From: Haliotis rufescens
Taxonomy: Eukaryota
Direction of reading: 5' to 3'
NCBI RefSeq assembly: GCF_023055435.1
Contig: NW_025963779.1
Location: 14,384,001 to 14,448,000 of the forward strand
Length of the DNA stretch: 64,000 nt
The position numbers were made by a program, and so were the translations under genes. The notes under the pieces were generated by a model. That model did no database searches and was not told the DNA's origin. It saw nothing but the letters and a program-made list of their open reading frames with translations. Position 1 is the stretch's first letter, and every line of letters starts with the position of its first letter. Positions 60,431-64,000 of this stretch are shown piece after piece.

Positions 60431-60817
60431 TCGGATTGGAAAAATCAAAACAACGTAAATATGGCCAAGAAGTTTAAAATAAGCTTCGGGTATGATCTGA
60501 TATCGTTCAAGGTCCAACATCGTTGGCAAGCTTGGACTCACATCCTTGATTTTGTGCGGATCCCAGTGGAGCAAAGGGATGCAAATCTGCGCAAACATAA
60601 TTCTGGTTAATATAGGTTGCAACGGGATATAGTGAGAAGGAATATATATAATATTATATATATGGTGCTCCTATCACACTATAATATCAATGAGTTTAAA
60701 TGTTATGAAATGTCAAATTACAAAGGGAATTTTGACCAGCTTATTTGGAAGATTTCAACTCGTTTATACTTGGCAATATTTCCTTTCTGCTAATAGGCGA
60801 GTCTAAAATATCTAAAG

Positions 60818-61190
60818 GGCCGCCTCCGTGGTCTAGTGGTAGAGCGTCCGCCCGTTCAGCGTCCGCCTGGAGAGCGGTAGGTCCGGGATTCGATCCCCGG
60901 CCGCGTCATACCAAAAGACGTGAAAAGGTGGTACTTGTTGTTACCCTGTCTGACACTCGGCATTAAGGGGCTAAAACAAGGACTGGTCGGCTCAGTATGC
61001 TGTGTCTGAGTGGGGTATTCATGTTAAACTGCGGCATGGTATCTCAGTGGGCTAGCACTATGAATCCGCAAGTCAAGTGTATATCTAAACGAACGCGGGA
61101 ACATATGTGTCCGGACTAGCCACACACACTCATATATCTATACAAGTGCAATAATCTTGGACGCGACGTTAAACCCCTTTCCACCTCAAC
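60818..61190 (+). mobile_element. SINE family C, full length
   Basis: TSD CTAAAATATCTA(A/C)AG at 60803-60817 and 61191-61205. Confidence 0.9.
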
Positions 61191-61915
61191 CTAAAATATC
61201 TACAGTGGACTGGTCAGAAACATCACCATTATCACGAGGACATTCAAATTCATTACATTACGTCATTTGTGTAAGCTAGATAATGTTAGATCTTCAATTG
61301 TAGTTATGTTCCATTTGTAAATTCAGCAAACAAGTACTAGTATACGATGAAAGTTGGGCGTCATTTGATAACCTCGCATTCCTAAACCACAAAAAAATCT
61401 GCCTTTCACTGTATATTCACGCAAGTTCGTAATACAGTCTTAAGTGCGAGGTACATGTACAGTCACACCCACGTGAGATGCACAAGTACAGCCTTAGCGT
61501 TATATGACCTGCGATTTAACACAAGGCTGTGCCAAGCCCACCGTGCAATATTGCAAATATACACACGATAAGTACCATACGTGTCCATATAGGTACTGTT
61601 GGTGGATAACACCGAATACCATTCTTGACCGATAAAAGCAGTTCACCACAAGCGTGAAATGGCTAGGGAGATTGAGAAAGGACACGGAAAGAGGGAAGAA
61701 AAGGGTTGTGAAAATGTGACAGACAAAGATGACCTCAACACTGCGGACAAACAGTTAACTTTATCCTGCGTGGATCTCCGAATCACCACCGCCCAGCACT
61801 TAAATGAAACAAGGTTTGTACTATTTTGTGTATTTTTCGTTTGACATGGAAGGTTTTTATAAGGATCTATATGTGTGACTTTGCCTTTGACCTGCACGTA
61901 TGATACGTGTAGGAG

Positions 61916-62700
61916 AAACCATGTCTCCGAGGTATTACTAGAGATTGTAAACCCTCACATGAGGGAACGTCCCGAGGGGGCCGTAGGCGTAGGATAAAGT
62001 TAACTGTAGGCGTAGGCCCCCTCGGGACGTTCCCTCATGTGAGGGTTTACAATCTCCAGTAATATCGAGGAGACATGGTTTGACCAACTTATAAACCGAC
62101 TCATCGCATAGACAACGTTTTTAATTAAATAACTGTAGTGTAATAAAAACTCTCAAATGTATAACCTGTATCGGAGATGAAATATCGCCTGCAGTCGTGA
62201 ACTCGGTTCAATGAAACCGGTGACCTCAGCACATGGGTTTCGAAACGGTGCGAAATCTGCACGTGCGTCTCGCAATGGCGCGAAATCTGCACGTGCGTCT
62301 CGCAATGGCGCGAAATCTGCACGTGCGTCTCCTAGGCTGAGACTATAACACGTTTTGCTTTGACTGACGCTCATTCATTGTACAGCCTGTTGCTGGCGTA
62401 CGGATCTTGAAAAGGACATTCTAAAAAGCAGTGCAGCTTGTCAACACCTCTGTAGCCTTGTGGTACACTCACTGGCTACAGATATGAAGGTTGCGAGTTC
62501 GATCCTCGGGAATATAAAAAAAGTACTTATCATTTGATTTTACATTTCATTACATGTTACAATCTGAACGGAAGTTATAATGATTGTAAGCCCTCCTGCG
62601 AGGTGTTACAATCGTTGTAATATCTCCTACGAGGTGTTACCACAATTTTAAAAACTCCATATGGAGTTACACAAACGCCAGTAGGTTTATAAGTTAGTTT
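61916..62700. mobile_element. Non-autonomous element with a long internal palindrome (Crypton-like)
   Basis: Arms of about 67 bp at 61916-61982 and 62015-62081; inverted motif AACTTATAAACCGAC (62086) / GTAGGTTTATAAGTT (62681); 30-bp tandem repeat at 62250-62331. Confidence 0.5.
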
Positions 62701-64000
62701 CTGCTCCAAGTGACCACAACCCGTATGTCGGGTTATCGTAAACAAACATGCTTATTCTGAAATAAGAAGAGCCGGGCCTAAAGCAAGCCTTTCGGTGCGC
62801 TTTACATATTGCTAAGCAGAATTACACAGATATGCTACTACAACTACGGAGTCGATGTGCATAACAGTATACCTTTATACATCGATATCAAAGTAACGGT
62901 ATCGCTAGGATTTCACCCCGGGTCGTCTAATGCTTAGAGCTTCACTATAGTCAGTTGGCCACCAGCAGAAAAGAGGCTTAGTTTAGATTTTCGTTCCCAC
63001 ATTTTCCTGTATTGCATAAAGGAGGTATCTGTACACAATTTTCATTGGGTAGTAAGCTTGCAAGTGTGTGCAGGAATTTTCAGGGGGTCAAAATTGCATA
63101 AATTGAAGGAAAAATGCATACTTTGACAAAATTGGCTGTAACATTTTCATTAAGTCATTAAATTATCCAAATTAAGTCTTTGATTACAGGTAATAGGTTC
63201 GGTTATCTGAATTTGGCAAACATTTTGTTTCATTTAACTGTTATTCTAATTCTCAGTGGAAACATTGGTAAAAATCATGTTTTTTTACTTCATTTTCAAA
63301 TCTTGTGAGTAGGTAAAACACTAATTCCATTGAATTGTGACAATAAAACCACTACAACTGGGTATTAAAATCTGCCTTAACCATTGTACTATCCTATACA
63401 AAAAACAAAATGAAAATATATTACATAGGGGTTGAGATATTGTATACAATATTACCCCACCCCCCAAAAACCAATTTTGATGAAAATTGCTTATTGAGTT
63501 ATGGTGGTAGATGATGTTGCTGTAGTGGATGAGTGGGATAATTGCAACAATGCCTAAACACACCAAAATAGTAAACTCAGAAAGAAAAATTATGTTTCAA
63601 GTTACTATGTCTGGGTTGTCTCACCATGCATGAGTGGTTTCTCTGCGGCTCAGTATAATTCGTGAAGTCACTGACCTGTATGATCTGTTTTGAGAGAGAT
63701 TATCAATGGGTATAAGGGTTTTTGGGTAGGTTCCGCATGCCTACTTTGTCTAACTAGCAAAGTCACTCATCCCTGACTATACCTGGGTTGTCTAATAGCT
63801 ACTGTTCACCTGTTTAAAAAAAAAGACGAAGCGGGTTGATACCATCGCTAGCTCTCCGTAGCACTTGGAGTCATATAACCAATGAATGCAAGGGATGAAT
63901 ACACAAATGGACATAATGTTTCACGTTTTCGAATATTTATTGACGAAAGTTAAACATTTAATAACATATGTTTCTCGAAATGTGTAGACTATGGATTATG

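Overview
Eukaryotic, repeat-rich invertebrate genomic DNA, most likely molluscan (possibly a gastropod such as abalone; inferred from the SINE families and the GPCR type). It contains five N gaps. The core (about 11.7-47.3 kb) is a tandem array of rhodopsin-like (class A) GPCR genes, each with its CDS in a single exon. There are five young, intact, about 95%-identical paralogues (A1-A5), one older divergent paralogue (B, 46154) and a deleted relic (9583). The duplicated unit is [A coding exon + 3' flank + putative 5' non-coding exon/promoter of gene B]. Copies A2-A5 therefore appear to be chimeric genes placed behind B's 5' exon; a SINE with intact target-site duplications (TSDs) shows the B context is ancestral. 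The rest of the window holds four SINE-like families that share a LINE-type 3' tail. One family has no tRNA head but a precise, pseudoknotted 5' end, and it has spawned a 27 x 68-bp satellite. Also present are Tc1, pogo, IS3EU-like and Crypton-like DNA transposon relics/MITEs, a Penelope-like RT relic, 55-, 73- and 48-bp satellites, and a tentative minus-strand secreted-protein gene (51.0-55.9 kb). Coordinates were read by eye and may be off by a few bases. No database searches were run.
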